From a candidate division FCPU426 bacterium (GTDB lineage: Bacteria; Oederibacteriota; Muellerivitia; Muellerivitales; Muellerivitaceae): 64,000 bases of DNA. The stretch covers positions 288,001 to 352,000 of the forward strand of contig CAWCKJ010000002.1 in assembly GCA_963796105.1 (NCBI GenBank), given 5' to 3'. Made by a program: the position numbers and the translations under genes. Under the pieces are notes generated by a model. The model searched no databases. It had not been told where the DNA came from and saw nothing but the letters and a program-made list of their open reading frames with translations. Positions 62,110 to 64,000 of this stretch are shown piece after piece; the stretch's first letter is position 1, and every line of letters starts with the position of its first letter.

Positions 62110-62135
62110 AAAGGCCTCCTAACTTCTTTAAAAGA

Positions 62136-62164
62136 ATCATACATCAACGTACGGATGATGTCCA
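62136..62164 (-). promoter_or_regulatory. Promoter of the TA operon
   Basis: Minus-strand TGGACA-17 nt-TATGAT between site 5 and the antitoxin start. Confidence 0.6.
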
Positions 62165-62185
62165 CACATATTCAGAAAATGGATC

Positions 62186-62211
62186 GTCCAATACACCCCC
62201 CCGTCGTGGAC
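62186..62211. repeat. 26-bp site, copy 5
   Basis: GTCCAATACACC-CC-CCCGTCGTGGAC. Confidence 0.85.
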
Positions 62212-62336
62212 AATCAACTATCCTAAATTTACATGATTTTACTACTTTTGAAGTATTCAGGGGGTAGCGTGTGCTAAATCGAAGCATGTCAGTGAGATGG
62301 CGTATATAAAACCTATGAGAACTAACTTAAATATTT

Positions 62337-63083
62337 TTATCTAACGACGTAAGTGTTTTGTACTGCTCCAACCCTTAATAAACCTGATCCATTGATGATG
62401 TTGGTTGTCGAATTGGAAAAACAAAAACTAATTACATAAGTTCCAGGACCATAAGCATAATCCTGTGATGGAACGCTGATGGGTGGAACCGGATGATTAC
62501 AGGTGAACGGTTGGTTATATGCACCGTTCCCTCCTGGCCAGCGAATATAGATTGGTTCGAATTCCGCACCAACACCCCATCCAACTGTAGATCCGTCTGG
62601 AGCGACCGTGAAATTTCCTGGCGCTTCCAAAGCAGCGGAAGCAGTCCCTATGGTTGTTGTTGTAGATAAAGTGAATGTACAGCCTGCGGTGAATACAAAA
62701 GGGACAGTATTATCGTATTCCGCATAAACATAACCCACTCCGATGGTCACCAAATAATTAAAAGATAATGACACTGTTGTCCCATTGGAACCGGTCAAGG
62801 TTACGCCAGCGGTGGTTTCAGGAGCACCATTAACCGAAAGCAAGAGATCTGCGCTGGGATTCGCACACTGGCAACCATCAATATCTGCGGACTCCCAATA
62901 GATCCCATTGGGTGGCGCTCCTATGTAGGGTTGAGGCGTGGGGACACAAGTTAAAGTAGTTGTGGGGGTTGGAGTAGCGGATGGAGATGTGAGAGGTGCA
63001 TTTGGTGTGGAAAAGGGTTTCTCACAGGCCAGCGGTGAAAGAACCAAAAGAATTAAACCCATTAATATCCAAAGATGTCTCAT
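62337..63083 (-). CDS. Hypothetical lipoprotein with T/P linker (alternative start 63128)
   Basis: Lipobox PLAC, TPTPTTT linker, beta-rich body. Confidence 0.7.
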   Translation of the reverse strand: MRHLWILMGLILLVLSPLACEKPFSTPNAPLTSPSATPTPTTTLTCVPTPQPYIGAPPNGIYWESADIDGCQCANPSADLLLSVNGAPETTAGVTLTGSNGTTVSLSFNYLVTIGVGYVYAEYDNTVPFVFTAGCTFTLSTTTTIGTASAALEAPGNFTVAPDGSTVGWGVGAEFEPIYIRWPGGNGAYNQPFTCNHPVPPISVPSQDYAYGPGTYVISFCFSNSTTNIINGSGLLRVGAVQNTYVVR

Positions 63084-63263
63084 ATTTGTTTTCGTCTTTG
63101 ACCTGAATTTAAAGGCACTTCTTTTCATATATTATAGATGGGTGAAAGATTGATTTATTCCAATAAAATATTAGGTTAATAGAACAAATAAGAGTTTCTG
63201 GAGGAACAAAATATGAGAAATGAGTATTAAGGTAGACATGCGAAAAAAACCTTAAAAAGGGTC

Positions 63264-63289
63264 GTCCACTCAGGGTCCCCGTCGTGGAC
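63264..63289. repeat. 26-bp site, copy 6
   Basis: GTCCACTCAGGG-TC-CCCGTCGTGGAC. Confidence 0.9.
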
Positions 63290-63643
63290 AAACAAATAAT
63301 GATTAATGGTCAACTGCAACCCGCTGAGGTGCGGGGTGCCAGACCCCATTTTCATAAGTCCCCAAAAAGATGGCCTGCTATTAAAGAGGGGCCGAAAGTC
63401 TTCCAACCCCTTGAAATTTGGGACGAAAGGGCCGGATTATATACGGAAGCAGAAGGTAGTAGTTCCATTCGGGACCGGACAAACCGGACCCCATCATCCA
63501 CCCAGACCGGTATGCCAGTCAGCTGGAAAACCCGGAAGAGACCCCCATAGAAATTTAGAGGGGGCGAGAAACTCCGCGGGGACCGCCTAAACCGAAGCCC
63601 CCGCCCATTACGAGCGAACGCTCGGGAAAGCTACAGGTGTAAC

Positions 63644-64000
63644 ATGGCAATAATTTACGAGGATATTACCAAAACAATTGGCCACACCCCCCTGGTGAGA
63701 CTGAACCGGATCGCCGAAGGAGCCGGGGCGACCGTACTGGCCAAGCTGGAATCCTTCAATCCCATGTCCAGCGTGAAGGACCGCATCGGTCTGGCCATGA
63801 TCGAGGACGCCGAGAAACGGGGTGTTCTCAAGAAAGATTCCGTCATCATCGAGGCCACCAGCGGCAACACGGGGATTGGCCTGGCATTTGTAGCGGCCGC
63901 CAAGGGTTATAGGCTCATCCTCACCATGCCGGAAACAATGAGTTTGGAGAGGCGCCAGCTTCTGAAAATTTTAGGAGCTGAGTTGGTTTTGACCGAGGGG
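63644..64000 (+). CDS. cysK: Cysteine synthase A (runs off the window end)
   Basis: Own translation: [50 protein letters not shown]. Confidence 0.95.
   Translation, partial: MAIIYEDITKTIGHTPLVRLNRIAEGAGATVLAKLESFNPMSSVKDRIGLAMIEDAEKRGVLKKDSVIIEATSGNTGIGLAFVAAAKGYRLILTMPETMSLERRQLLKILGAELVLTEG

Noticed and set aside
57976..63289. CRISPR array, attC, XerCD dif or terminator reading of the 26-bp repeats
   Set aside because: Spacing is 0.7-1.6 kb and contains whole genes; the sites lack the RYYYAAC...GTTRRRY attC ends and are too short; arms do not resemble AT-rich XerC/XerD boxes; there are no T tails and most copies pair poorly.
63316..63350. SAM-I riboswitch-like fragment (GCAACC...GGTGCCA) upstream of cysK
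   Set aside because: The 5' ATCnAGAG/GAGGGA elements and a P1 partner are not visible; an Rfam search would be needed.

Overview
Bacterial chromosomal window of about 60 CDSs from a diderm organism (outer-membrane barrels, AsmA, many Thr/Pro-linker lipoproteins). The first 26 kb is mostly housekeeping: cspA, bshB1-like, recA, asmA, mazG, fabG/fabF-like genes with bioF-bioD-bioA, rimO-pgsA-pgpA-cinA-thpR and an M24 peptidase. The 26-64 kb accessory region holds GH9 and GH12 glycanases beside membrane glycosyltransferases, a Fur-boxed barrel plus cytochrome c pair, and a cupredoxin, cytochrome-porin and Crp/Fnr block. It also holds three tandem secreted low-complexity proteins whose short motifs resemble Hcp and tail-tube loops. 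The best candidate for an undescribed system is 57976-63289: five co-oriented, unrelated gene units (one a GNAT/DUF1778 toxin-antitoxin pair) bounded by six copies of a 26-bp quasi-palindrome, GTCCA-N7-TC-CCC-N4-TGGAC, resembling a recombinase-driven cassette array with non-attC, non-dif sites. No rRNA, tRNA, CRISPR array, transposase or recombinase gene was recognised. Family calls come from motif recognition by eye; no database searches were run.
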